A stretch of 63,217 nucleotides of DNA, filler included, from Octopus bimaculoides (lineage: Eukaryota), in the NCBI RefSeq assembly GCF_001194135.2. It is 7 parts of 6 records of this genome, joined end to end, with 100 filler letters (N's around TTAATTAATTAA, not from the genome) between each part and the next. Parts side by side here need not be neighbours in the genome. Positions count along the whole stretch, not along the records: positions 9,636 to 17,840 come from NC_068986.1; positions 17,941 to 26,878 come from NC_069008.1; 5 more parts are not named here. One strand, given 5' to 3'. The position numbers were made by a program, and so were the translations under genes. The notes beneath the pieces are model-generated. The model did no database searches, was not told the origin of the DNA, and worked only from the letters and a program-made list of their open reading frames with translations. Below, piece by piece: positions 12,931-24,271 of the stretch (the first letter of the stretch is position 1; every line of letters starts with the position of its first letter).

Positions 12931-13688
12931 NNNNNNNNNNNNNNNNNNNNNNNNNNNNNNNNNNNNNNNNNNNNNNNNNNNNNNNNNNNNNNNNNNNNNN
13001 NNNNNNNNNNNNNNNNNNNNNNNNNNNNNNNNNNNNNNNNNNNNNNNNNNNNNNNNNNNNNNNNNNNNNNNNNNNNNNNNNNNNNNNNNNNNNNNNNNNN
13101 NNNNNNNNNNNNNNNNNNNNNNNNNNNNNNNNNNNNNNNNNNNNNNNNNNNNNNNNNNNNNNNNNNNNNNNNNNNNNNNNNNNNNNNNNNNNNNNNNNNN
13201 NNNNNNNNNNNNNNNNNNNNNNNNNNNNNNNNNNNNNNNNNNNNNNNNNNNNNNNNNNNNNNNNNNNNNNNNNNNNNNNNNNNNNNNNNNNNNNNNNNNN
13301 NNNNNNNNNNNNNNNNNNNNNNNNNNNNNNNNNNNNNNNNNNNNNNNNNNNNNNNNNNNNNNNNNNNNNNNNNNNNNNNNNNNNNNNNNNNNNNNNNNNN
13401 NNNNNNNNNNNNNNNNNNNNNNNNNNNNNNNNNNNNNNNNNNNNNNNNNNNNNNNNNNNNNNNNNNNNNNNNNNNNNNNNNNNNNNNNNNNNNNNNNNNN
13501 NNNNNNNNNNNNNNNNNNNNNNNNNNNNNNNNNNNNNNNNNNNNNNNNNNNNNNNNNNNNNNNNNNNNNNNNNNNNNNNNNNNNNNNNNNNNNNNNNNNN
13601 NNNNNNNNNNNNNNNNNNNNNNNNNNNNNNNNNNNNNNNNNNNNNNNNNNNNNNATATATATATATATATACATGCATGTATACATAC

Positions 13689-13722
<34 letters not shown>

Positions 13723-14404
13723 TTAAGGAATGGAGAAAACGCATGTTATAACTGCATACTTTATTCCGACATATGTTTCGAAGAATTACAATTTATGCGA
13801 TCCATAGGAATCGGCGATGTTAAAAATGTAAACTTCTCCTCAGGGAAATGCATGGGAATCATCTTAAACGTAAGACATTATGACCGAGTATCCGCCATAA
13901 ATAAATTACTTAATTCTAATCCAAATTTATAAGATACATAATACATCCAAAATTTACACCTACAAATTTTGTTTTTATATAGCCAACCGGTGCACACCAA
14001 CTATAACTCATAGATATAAATATAGATATTTTATCTCCGTACTATTCATCTTATTTATCCTTCTCACTTTGGTTAATTTCAAATATAAACACCATACCCG
14101 TTACACGTATCAAATTACAAAATATCATTATTTATAGGAAATAATAATTCAATGAGAACGTCCATATGTTCTTCTACATTCTAATTCCCAAGTATTATTA
14201 ATATCTCATCTATTTTGTTTTTTAAATATCTACCATTAACTCACTAAGCTTAATACTCTATCTATAAATTAAATAATTATTAGAACCTGAATTTAATTCC
14301 AAAAACCTTATCCGCTATTCTTTTACTATTTTCCCTACTATAGTGAACTAGAGCGTATATTTTTCTTCTATATAATAAATAAATAAATAACTAAATAAAT
14401 ATAG

Positions 14405-14745
14405 AGGTGCAAGAGTTGCTGTGTAAGTATCCATGCGCAGTGGTGACTGTGTAGTAAGTAACATGTTTACCAACCACATGGTTGTGGGTTCAGTCCCACC
14501 GCGTGACACTTTGGACAAGTGTCTTCTACTATAGCCTCGGACCGATCAAAGCCTTGTGAGTGGATTTGGTAGACGGAAACTGAAAGAAGCCCGTCGTATG
14601 TGTGTGTGATGCTGGTGTGTTGACGTCCCCGCAACTTAGTGGTTCGGCAAAAGAAACCGATAAAATACGTATTCGGCTTACAAAGAATAAGTGTTGGGAT
14701 CAGTGTGTTCGACTAAAGGCGGCGCTCTAGCATGGCTACAGTCAA
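14405..14745 (+). mobile_element. SINE family A, microsatellite core largely deleted
   Basis: Same head and tail as the 25806 copy, joined through a short (TG)n. Confidence 0.85.
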
Positions 14746-15409
14746 AAATTACAAAAATCAATTTNNNNNNNNNNATATATATTGGAGTAGGGTGCGTGTG
14801 TATGTGTATGAAATTCCGTGGCCTAGTATTTAGGGGTGTGTTATAGCGATCATACGTTACTGCTTTTGATTTCTAAATCGCAATCAAAATACTTTATTTC
14901 ATGTTGATTCAGTCTACTTTGGTGAAAATAAACACACATGCAACAGCTAGTGGTTAACACCGCGGCAAACTGGCCACCTCACTCTCTCAATCGCATGTAT
15001 CCCGTGGAAACTGGGTTAAAGTGTGACCCAATAAGCATATAAACGCATACATACATACATACATACATACATGCATACATACACACATATGTATTGTATA
15101 GATGCACAAACATGTACATCGAAGTGCACCTCGGTGGAATTTAAGCTCAGATCGTAAAGACGGACAAAATACCGCTCAACATTTTGTTACTGAAAGCAAT
15201 ATTGATCGGCTCTGTCGACCGAGAAAGAAGAGAATCAGAAATTCCGTAAACGCAGAAAGTATCATCAATGCTGCGATTTCTTTTTGAAATGTTATCTTTT
15301 AGATGGCGAAGTAAGAATATAAAAACACTAAAACAGCAAGAGAAGTCAAGGACAGAAGGAAGAACGACAGGATGAATAACTGGATAGAAAATGAAATATG
15401 AGATTAATT

Positions 15410-15840
15410 ATGGCAACAGCTCGAAGTTGCTGGGAATAAAGAACGTTGGTAGTGCCTGACAGATGGAAAGCTGCAGCGAGAAACTGAAGCGCTAATTATA
15501 GTTACTCAGGAACGAGCCAGTTGAACGAACTTGATAAAGGTAATGATTGACAAGATTTAGAGAGTAAGCAAAAAATCTGTGGAAAAGGTGAGAGTATTAA
15601 CAACTAAGATAGCACAATAGGATTATAAGCATCACTGTGTGGGCAAAAGAGTATTGGAATGCTAGCCGAGTATGTAGATGAAAGTGACAAAAAGTGGCAT
15701 GGACGCGAGACAAATGCTGTGATGGCGAATAAAAATTGCATGAGTGTAGAGGATTTCTCCATGACTGACCAGAATATTGAAATAAGATCTTGTATAATTG
15801 TAGAAGACGGGAAAAAAAAACTGAAAGATTATTTCCAAAA
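15410..15840 (+). mobile_element. Very degraded R4/Dong-type C-terminal relic
   Basis: Fragments DGKLQRETEALIIVTQE and KKWHGRETNAVMANKNCMSVEDFSMTDQNIE resemble the R4 pattern L..ETE.LI.AAQ ... KWY.H.P..V.EN....ILWDF.IQTD. Confidence 0.5.
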
Positions 15841-17757
15841 ATTTAAGAAGTTTCAAATGAATGTAATCTGCATGAAAGCTGTTAGTCACTATAACTTGCA
15901 CCTGTGGATTTATTCCACAACATATGCAAGTACAAGTTGGAAAACATTCTTCAAAATCATTGTGCATCTTTGAATTTTCTCGCGATACACGCAACTACAG
16001 ATACAGCAATGAGTTCATTCAGTTAGCTTGAACTTTCTCAGAAGAAATACATTACAAGGTCATCTAGCGGCCTTTGTGCGACTCGGCACTGAATGGGTAC
16101 GAAATCGAAACATTAATTTCAGAATTACCATACAAAACACTGAATACAAACCAAACAAAACACTTTTGAAAATGTGAAAATTTTTCGTAAAGATTTATTA
16201 ATAAAATAATGATATTCAATGACTGGTATGTTGAGTCCCTGAACCAATTTATCGACTGTACTGTATGTTTGTACGCACGCGCCTGTGAGTACGTATGTAG
16301 ATGTTTGCATGTGTGTGCGAGTGTGTTTGTGGATATACACATTATTTAAAGTAAACTAAAATACGGTGAATATTTTTAACAAAAGTTACGGCTGCAGAAA
16401 CTCCCACAGGGTCAGCTTCGCAATTTGTTTGTATTCCTTGAACATTTCTTATATTTGTAATAATTGTGAAATTTACTTTTTGTCAGATTGCTTTGAATAC
16501 CTTCATACACAAATTTTCCGCTTCTTTCACCGTCAAAACTCACAATAAATCCAGTCTCCCTTTTTATTATTTTGCTAATTTTGTACAAAGAGGAAATTTT
16601 TAAAAAATTTCTTTCCACATATTTGGATTGCAAAATGGATTCTAAAAGGAGGTATTGAGCAACTTAAACAGGTGGAAGGAAAAGTTAAATGTATGAAAAG
16701 GAAAATATCGGTTAAGTAGAATGCAATGTGTGATTAGAAATCGATATTAAATTATTTGGGTTCGGTTATAATATCCTCTCAAATGATGTGGCAAATAGTA
16801 AAAAAGCAAAGAAAAAATTTAAACTATAAATTTTTTCCATTTAGTATGCCGTAACAATGATCAAATATTTGCATGAATAAATTTTTTAATTAATTTCCAA
16901 CCGAATAATTATTTCCCTTTTAAATTCTATTAGTTCAGCAGTGTCTTTAATAATTCTTTAAGAATTTGAACTACATTAAAATTTGTCAGACTCCTATTGA
17001 AACCATTTAGGAAATCGTAAAGATTGACTGTCATTCCTGCTCTTCTAATAATTAACAATCAAGGAATATAATTCGCAGCTGGTGCTACGGAGGAAAATAT
17101 GAAATGAAACTTAAAATATTCCGAGTTTGTCAGTATCATGTTAAAATATTCCTTACGGAATTCACAATGAGGTATTTACAAATATTATAAAGCTATATAA
17201 TTTAAAAGAAAATATTACTGTTTTTTTTTTTGTCAAACAAAATAATCCAAATATAATGATCTATTTTCTTTGGGATGCGCGAGTGATCCAGTTGGTAAAT
17301 TACTAAGCAAGTCAGCCGTGTCTGTTTGACATAACTGTCAAAGCTTACGCTGCATCCATGCCCAAGATATATCAGTTCATAAAGATAAATCTGCAAGGCT
17401 ATGAGAAATATAACGCCCTATAGAATCGATCATCATTGCAACAAGGACTGTAAAATTGATGACTGTTGCGCTGGCATACGGGGATAGTTCAAACTTAGCT
17501 TGTGTCAGTAACTTGCGTGAGATTGGTATACTTTCTGAGTAAGCTGTATCTCTCAGCCGTGAAAGAAATTAGAAGGGATTACCTATACAGCTGACTTCTG
17601 AAATAGTTCACTTCATGTTATTGAAACATAAGTATTACTGAGAGTAGTTTAAGCATGTACCTTTGTAACAAAATATAGTATAATCTTGCTCCCACTCATT
17701 ATTAATCGCTACACATAAACCAGTAATATTATACCGTACACAACCGTTTCAATTTGA

Positions 17758-17825
<68 letters not shown>

Positions 17826-18274
17826 TATATATATATATATNNNNNNNNNNNNNNNNNNNNNNNNNNNNNNNNNNNNNNNNNNNNTTAATTAATTAANNNN
17901 NNNNNNNNNNNNNNNNNNNNNNNNNNNNNNNNNNNNNNNNATATTAATATATATTTTTTTATTTAATCACCAAAAGTTACAACGTGTCTCAAGAGAGGAA
18001 AGTTTCGTGCATTGTCAAGTGGTTTTCAAATTGTGTGCGTGGGTGGAGATTTTTACCTTTACATAGAGGCCTAGTGAAATTAATGTATCACCGGATATTA
18101 AAAAAAAATTTTTGAACTTACATGGTCACGTGGATAATGAAAATTCTTTTCAAGTTGTTTGCCTGTCGAGCAGTTCAATGATTATTTAATAAATGAATAA
18201 AAATAAATTATGTAAACAGTAGGTTAAAGAATATATGAATATATAAACACACACATAAGCAGGAGTACCACATA

Positions 18275-18805
18275 CTCGGTGCCCCAGAATAAACTTTCTA
18301 TTTCACTGAAATTGGACAAATTTAAATAAAACAGACAAAATTTTATTTTATTAGTTAATTATCATACGAAATCAAACAGAATTTATAAACCTTACGTCAA
18401 AACTATATTGCAAATTTACAACATGTGCTCCGTCTGTATCCTTGCAAATTTCAAATCTATCCTTAGCATTGCGAACCACATTCTGAAGCATTTTAGGAAT
18501 TATCTCCTGCTCTGCTAACTGAATGCATTCTTTAACAATTCTTTAACTTTGCTCCATCTTGGGAGTGGAGCTAGAGAAAATGATTGCAGCAAAATTGAAA
18601 GAAAAGCTGTCGTTGATAGATAAGTGGGATCCAACAGAAATGAAAGTAAAATTATAAAAATACGTTATAAAAATTATAAATTTAAAGACAAAATTAAAAA
18701 TTTATACGTTTTTTTGACAGATATTAAACGAGATAAAAATAAATAAAAGTGAGTTTCTAAAAAGATGTCCGATTTCACTGAAATAGTTAATTCTGGGACA
18801 TTCTG
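18275..18805 (-). mobile_element. Tc1/mariner-derived MITE with about 40-bp imperfect TIRs and TA target duplication
   Basis: Left TA|CTCGGTGCCCCAGAATAAACTTTCTATTTCACTGAAATTGGACA versus reverse complement of right end TA|CAGAATGTCCCAGAATTAACTATTTCAGTGAAATCGGACA. Internal minus-strand relic LKECIQLAEQEIIPKMLQNVVRNAKDRFEICKDTDGAHV is a transposase tail. Confidence 0.8.
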
Positions 18806-18877
18806 TATGTACGCGCATACACATACACATAATATGCATACATACACATGCACATACACACACACGTGCACACCGAT

Positions 18878-19032
18878 TCAGACGTAGTTGTGTGGCTAAG
18901 AAGCCTGCTTTGCAATCATGTGCTTTGGAGTTCAGTCCTACTGTGCAGCACTTTAACAAATGTCTTCGAATATTTATAGTCCCGGGTTCTACTATACGAC
19001 TATTTGTGAGTTTCGTTGAATGAAGCCGTATG
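18878..19032 (+). mobile_element. SINE family A head, degenerate
   Basis: GTTGTGTGGCTAAGAAGCCTGCTT...GGAGTTCAGTCCTACTGTGCAGCAC; lies just 3' of the minus-strand gene stop. Confidence 0.6.
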
Positions 19033-19068
19033 GTCACGCTGTATAAAACAGATCTTTTGATTGGTTAG

Positions 19069-19118
19069 TTACGGTTTTAGGCGGATGAAGATGGCCATGG
19101 AATCAGCTGTTTCGAAAC
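19069..19118 (-). CDS. Minus-strand gene, terminal coding exon (50 nt): (G)FETADSMAIFIRLKP-stop
   Basis: Acceptor ttagttttattattttccag|GT; phase 1 matches the upstream donor; TAA at 19071-19069. Confidence 0.82.
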
Positions 19119-19255
19119 CTGGAAAATAATAAAACTAACAATGACAACAACAACAACAACATAAACAGCAAAATTAACAAGAAAACAATCAGTAATAACA
19201 AATGCATTTTTGGATTTAATTTCTATATTGAAGCACAAAAATATTTCCCTACATT

Positions 19256-19362
19256 AAGGTAGCGAGCTGGCAGAAGCGTTAGTACAAATTGAGAGTAGGG
19301 ATCGAAGTAAACGACTTACTCACTCGCCCGAAATTTCTGGCCTTGTACTAAAATTTTAGATC
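19256..19362 (+). mobile_element. SINE family B, internally deleted
   Basis: Head GCGAGCTGGCAGAAGCGTTAG fused to the tail GAAATTTCTGGCCTTGTAC; AATATTTCCCT on both flanks. Confidence 0.65.
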
Positions 19363-19590
19363 AATATTTCCCTTCGTTATTGATGACATAATCAAATCTA
19401 TTTGGAAAATAATTGATTCTTGGGATGTAAAGATCTTCAGCTTTCGATCGAAAGGAACATTCGATACTGTTTGTGACCTCATCACAATTGACAAAATGTC
19501 TCCTCTCTAAACAACGTTGGAATGGTTTGAAAAGATGGTAGTCAGATGGAGCAAAACCAGGGGAATGAGGGGGATGAGACAAAACCACTA
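19361..19590 (-). mobile_element. Mariner transposase C-terminal relic
   Basis: HPPHSPGFAPSDYHLF...RFDYVINNEGKY-stop (YSPDLAPSDYHLF motif family). Confidence 0.85.
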
Positions 19591-19621
19591 TGTTTTGTGC
19601 TGTAATATTTCCCTTTGTGTT

Positions 19622-19820
19622 AAGGCGACGAGCTGGCAGAATCGTTACCGCGCAGAATGCTTAGCGGCATTTCATAAGTCTTTAGGTTCTGAGTCCGAAT
19701 TCCGCGGAGGTCTACTTTGCCTTTCATCCTTTCGGGGTCGATAAAATAAGTAAAAATCGACTGCTCGGGTCGATGTTATCGACTTAACCCTTCCCCCCGA
19801 AATTACTGGCCTTGTGCCAA
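19622..19820 (+). mobile_element. SINE family B
   Basis: GGCGACGAGCTGGCAGAATCG...CCTTTCATCCTTTCGGGGTCGATAAA; ATTTCCCTTYGTG on both flanks. Confidence 0.85.
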
Positions 19821-19849
19821 AATTTCCCTTCGTGATTTGAGCAATATGT

Positions 19850-20090
19850 TCCTTGCTCCAGTTCATTCAGTTGTAGAAATGAGTTGCGATGTAATAGTTG
19901 CCAAGCTGTATCGGTCTTTGCCTTTCCCTTGAAATGCATCGGTGGCGTGGAGAGGAGAGACTGGCAGGCATGGGTGACTACTGGTCAGCCATAAACAAGC
20001 TTGCAGGGACTTGTCTCGTAGAGGGGAACATTCTAGGTGCAATGCCGAGGCTATTCATGAGCCCAAAGGGGTCAAATAGACTACGGTTGA
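19850..20090 (+). mobile_element. Probable SINE 3' portion (family D)
   Basis: GC-balanced block starting CTCCAGTTCATTCAGTTGTAGAAATGAG, similar to the post-core segment of family C; single copy here. Confidence 0.45.
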
Positions 20091-20146
20091 GAAGCACTGG
20101 ACTAATATATCCATGCTTAAATTCAGTCTTATGCAAGTACAAGAGA

Positions 20147-20149
20147 CTA

Positions 20150-20207
<58 letters not shown>

Positions 20208-20237
20208 CACTAGTGCTGCTGCTGCTGCTGCTGCTGC
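20147..20237. repeat. (TAC)n-(TGC)n compound microsatellite
   Basis: Directly visible. Confidence 0.95.
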
Positions 20238-20401
20238 TTCTACAACCTTAATATTTGAAGAAGACAACTTTATTTCTAAAACTTCCATTCCAAATAGTGT
20301 ATTTTTAAATATTTTATATCTGCGCTACATCTCAATCAGTTCCATCAGCAAACATCACCATGGATACAATTCCTGGATAACACATAGCATCAGGCGGAAA
20401 G

Positions 20402-20718
20402 GGGCGTGGCTAAGTGCTTAGGGGTATTCAGCTCACAATAGTAAGGTCATGAGTTCGATACCCTGGTAGCGCGTTGTGTCTTGAGCAAGGTACTTTATTT
20501 CAACTTGCTCTAGTTCACTCAGCTGCTTGAAAATACCCCTTGTATTTCAAAGGGCCATCATTATTCATATTCTGTGTCGTGCTAAATTTCTCTCAGAACT
20601 ACGTTAAGGGTACGCGTATTTGTGGAGTACTCAGCCACTTGCACGTTAATTTCGCGAGAAAGCTGTTCCGTTGGTCGGATCAACTGGAACACCTGTCGTC
20701 GTAACCGACGGAGTGCCA
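20402..20718 (+). mobile_element. SINE family C (tRNA-derived), full length
   Basis: GGCGTGGCTAAGTGCTTAG A-box, GAGTTCGATACC B-box, TTGAGCAAGG core; its 3' half matches 21861-22051. Confidence 0.85.
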
Positions 20719-20766
20719 TCAGACAGGATTACAACAAGAAAACTTTAGACATAAATTCACTTTATT

Positions 20767-21127
20767 ACGTGGTTGTAAGGTAAGAAGCGTGCTTTCCGAC
20801 GACATAAATGTGGGTTCAGTCCCACAACGGGGAACCTTCAGCAAGTGTCATCTACTCTAGGCCTTGGGCCGATCAAATCTTTGTGACGGGATTTAGTAGA
20901 CTGCAACTGAAAGAAGCTCGACGTGTATGTATGTGTGTGTGTGTCTGTGTGTGTGTGTGTGCATGTTTGTGTATATATATATATATATGTATGTGTGTCT
21001 GTATGTGTGATTATGCCTGCATATTTGTCTCCTATCACCGCCTGACAACCACTGCTGGTATGTTTCCTCCCATTAACTTGATGATACCCCAGCATCGCCG
21101 CAGTCAAATGACTGAAATAAGTAAAAA
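20767..21127 (+). mobile_element. SINE family A
   Basis: GGGTTCAGTCCCAC...GCAAGTGTC...(TG/TA)n...GCAGTCAAATGACTGAAATAAGTAAAA. Confidence 0.8.
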
Positions 21128-21220
21128 ATAAGAGATATCTACACCGAATTTCCCTCAGACATGTTGTCTGTTCATCTCTTGTCTCATTCTTACATGCGTT
21201 TCTTCTTTTCTCTTCTTATA

Positions 21221-21420
21221 CACCCGAGTTGAAAAAATCCTGTCTTGGGATAGGAGAAAATACTGGAGGATCACTTAATTATGATCTTATTCAACATATT
21301 TTCCCACTCATATTTATACAATTATTGCAAGGGTCCTGTAAAAGGACTCGGAAGTTTGAGCCTCCAGCCAAGCATTTTGCGACACCCTTGAAGCCAAGAA
21401 CTTTTCAGCACCCCTTCGTG
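21221..21420 (-). mobile_element. About 200-bp mariner-derived MITE
   Basis: Right terminus GCCAAGAACTTTTCAGCACCCCTTCGTG with a degenerate inverted copy at the left; internal minus-strand relic CNNCINMSG..YVE-stop. Confidence 0.65.
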
Positions 21421-21634
21421 CTAAATTCTCCAGACGTATGGATGTGTGATATTGTATCAAAGGATGATACTCTTTCTTAAGTACTGTGGGACGTATGCTT
21501 TCCTGAGAAGGTATAATAACACCGAAATATGTCCTGAGTTGTTTCTTATGTTTGCCACGCCATCATAAGGCTTTTAGTACTTATTGCATTAACTTGGCCG
21601 TGAGACAAGTTAAAACTGATGACTAAATACTTAC

Positions 21635-21795
21635 CGTTATTCCAATTGATTTTCGAATCTTCACCTGAGTAGATTAATGCAGGCAACTGAAGTAACCGCT
21701 CCCATACACAGGGACTCGTTTGAACAACAGCGAACCAACCCGTGACTCTTTCACAACTTATATCGCTAGATGACACATAGAAACGACGTCCTGTG
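21635..21795 (-). CDS. Minus-strand gene, exon n-1 (161 nt, phase 2-1): TGRRFYVSSSDISCERVTGWFAVVQTSPCVWERLLQLPALIYSGEDSKINWNN(G)
   Basis: Acceptor cttctttttctcccttttacag|C, donor G|gtaagt. Open frame (overlaps track ORF 21546-21776); phases match both neighbouring exons. Confidence 0.9.
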
Positions 21796-21860
21796 CTGTA
21801 AAAGGGAGAAAAAGAAGGTACTGTTATAGTTTTTATTTTGGTGTTATTGTCATTATCTGT

Positions 21861-22051
21861 TGTACCTATATTTCAAAGGGGCCAGCCTTGTCACACTGTG
21901 TCACGCTGAATATCCCCGAGAACTACGTTAAGGGTACACGTGTCTGTGGAGTGTTCAGCCACTTGCACGTTAATTTCACGAGCAGGCTGTTTCCGTTCAT
22001 CGGATCAACTGGAACCCTCGACGTCGTAAGCGACGGAGTGCCAACAACAAC
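21861..22051 (+). mobile_element. SINE family C, 3' half with a (CAA)n tail
   Basis: GAGAACTACGTTAAGGGTAC...CAGCCACTTGCACGTTAATTTC...GACGGAGTGCCA shared with the 20402 copy. Confidence 0.85.
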
Positions 22052-23366
22052 ATTGTCATTATCAGATGTAATTTAAAGGTTTGCCTGGCAACTACGTAAT
22101 TGGGAGGTTTCCAAGTTCGAACCGACACTGCTCGGTGATACAGTGGACAAATACTATCTTCTAATTTACAAGCAGCGAAATCTTTGCGAGTGAAAGTTCC
22201 GTAGAAGTCATTTGTGTGTAGGGCAATATTAAGATGGACAGTCCCTATACATATGTAATTGACTATATTTGTTAGCTAGTTTAAAACTACCGCCTCACCC
22301 CTGGGCGAGGGGACTTTAATGGGGACAAATCTGATGGATATATTTCGGCCAGGTTTTATGTCTGAGAATAACTCCATCTCTTCTTCTTACCCAGCATTCA
22401 CAAAGAGCTAGAACAAAATCCAGTATTTTGTCCTTACTCTTCCGACTAAGGAATATTTCAAAGGGGTCATTCTTAGTCGAAAATGATCAATGGTCAAATG
22501 TATTCCAGTTATTACTTTCCACTCTTCGGACTACATTTCCAATATATTCTATATTTATTCTTTTAAGACGGTTGGGTGAGATTTCTAGCGATATTTAGTG
22601 ACTGTTATTCCTAGCAAATGAAACTATTATATAGACAGAGGTTACTGACAACTTTTGTAATTCTAGATCCATAAAGAATTACCCAAAATGTCCCTATGCA
22701 CTAATCAGGTGATTATCAAATTCATCATCATCACCAATCAATATAAGTGTACATATGTCATTCTATGTTGTTATTAACTGATTTTCTTTTAATTACCTTA
22801 TAGATAATAAGAGATTGAAGAGGAAAGGAAATCATTCAAATTTTCCATATATGGTCATAAGTAAATGGATCTCGCTCTGTTTCGAAGATGACTCTGAGTA
22901 TTCACTTGTTTGATCAAGTGAAAATCCTGCTCAACGAATTAGTAGCGTGCAATTGAAACCACACACTTATAATCACAAACTGGACATCCTCACCACTATG
23001 CCTAGTGCCTTCATTGCTAGACAAATGTATGTATATATTTATATGTCTGCGGGCGCGCACGTGTGTGTATGCTTAGTTGTTAGTAGTGAATTCACACACA
23101 AATTTCGACGAATGCAACGAAATTAATCCTTAGGTTTTGCAGGTGAAAATTAATTAATATCAATTCCGGAATTAAATTGATAACAATTATTGCAATGTTA
23201 GAAATATAGGGGAGGTGTATATAGCTGATTATATAGACACTGTACTTCACCGGTACTTTATTCATAGACACCAACAGAGTACAAGGGAATTTTAATCACA
23301 AAAGGTTTTGAACACAGAATGTAATTACAAATAGCTAATAAATATACAGTGATAATAATCACTTAC

Positions 23367-23527
23367 TGCAATCTGATTGTGAAAAATCTTATAGTGCTTT
23401 GAGGTAAGTCACACCAAGGAGAACTTCTCAACTTTCCAAGAGAGAACCAGCTTTCAAGGGTTGTATTTCGTCCATCGAACACCATATTAACCACGGCTGT
23501 TTGGTTTTTATAAGCAACTAGTTTCAC
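23367..23527 (-). CDS. Minus-strand gene, exon n-2 (161 nt, phase 0-2): VKLVAYKNQTAVVNMVFDGRNTTLESWFSLGKLRSSPWCDLPQSTIRFFTIRL(H)
   Basis: On the minus strand: poly-T+AG acceptor (ttttttttttttttag|GTG), donor CA|gtaagt. Open frame; the split codon CA|C joins in frame to exon 21795-21635. Confidence 0.88.
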
Positions 23528-23560
23528 CTAAAAAAAAAAAAAAGGTTGTGGGTCATTATT

Positions 23561-23752
23561 CAGTGAGAAAGTAGCGCATGCAATCAAAGTGAGACTGGGG
23601 TACAAATATACGAAATCCAATATACCCATCATGACTACCCGTCTGATAAGTGTACGCCAGGCACAGGCATCGCAACCATATCTGCGCGACATGGTGATCT
23701 CATATCAAGATAAACAGCGCATGATCTTGCAGGTGGGGCCCAGTTAGATTTT
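23561..23752 (-). mobile_element. Second, partial copy of the (AAT)n-inserted element
   Basis: Reverse complement aligns with 3753-3944 (e.g. CTAACTGGGCCCCACCTGC, TGTTTATCTTGATATGAGATCACCATGTCGCGCA) and ends at the same point, followed by AATAAT. Confidence 0.85.
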
Positions 23753-24271
23753 ACTCCCTCCTCCTCCTCCTCCTCCTCCTCNNNNNNNNNNNNNNNNNNN
23801 NNNNNNNNNNNNNNNNNNNNNNNNNNNNNNNNNNNNNNNNNNNNNNNNNNNNNNNNNNNNNNNNNNNNNNNNNNNNNNNNNNNNNNNNNNNNNNNNNNNN
23901 NNNNNNNNNNNNNNNNNNNNNNNNNNNNNNNNNNNNNNNNNNNNNNNNNNNNNNNNNNNNNNNNNNNNNNNNNNNNNNNNNNNNNNNNNNNNNNNNNNNN
24001 NNNNNNNNNNNNNNNNNNNNNNNNNNNNNNNNNNNNNNNNNNNNNNNNNNNNNNNNNNNNNNNNNNNNNNNNNNNNNNNNNNNNNNNNNNNNNNNNNNNN
24101 NNNNNNNNNNNNNNNNNNNNNNNNNNNNNNNNNNNNNNNNNNNNNNNNNNNNNNNNNNNNNNNNNNNNNNNNNNNNNNNNNNNNNNNNNNNNNNNNNNNN
24201 NNNNNNNNNNNNNNNNNNNNNNNNNNNNNNNNNNNNNNNNNNNNNNNNNNNNNNNNNNNNNNNNNNNNNNC

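Noticed and set aside
16412-16633. 73-aa minus-strand ORF with an upstream AG as an alternative last exon
   Set aside because: No similarity to the expected domain end; the exon at 19118-19069 completes the motif and provides a stop.
19898-20251. ORF with a poly-Leu pseudo-transmembrane segment
   Set aside because: Composed of a SINE fragment plus a (CTA)/(CTG) microsatellite.
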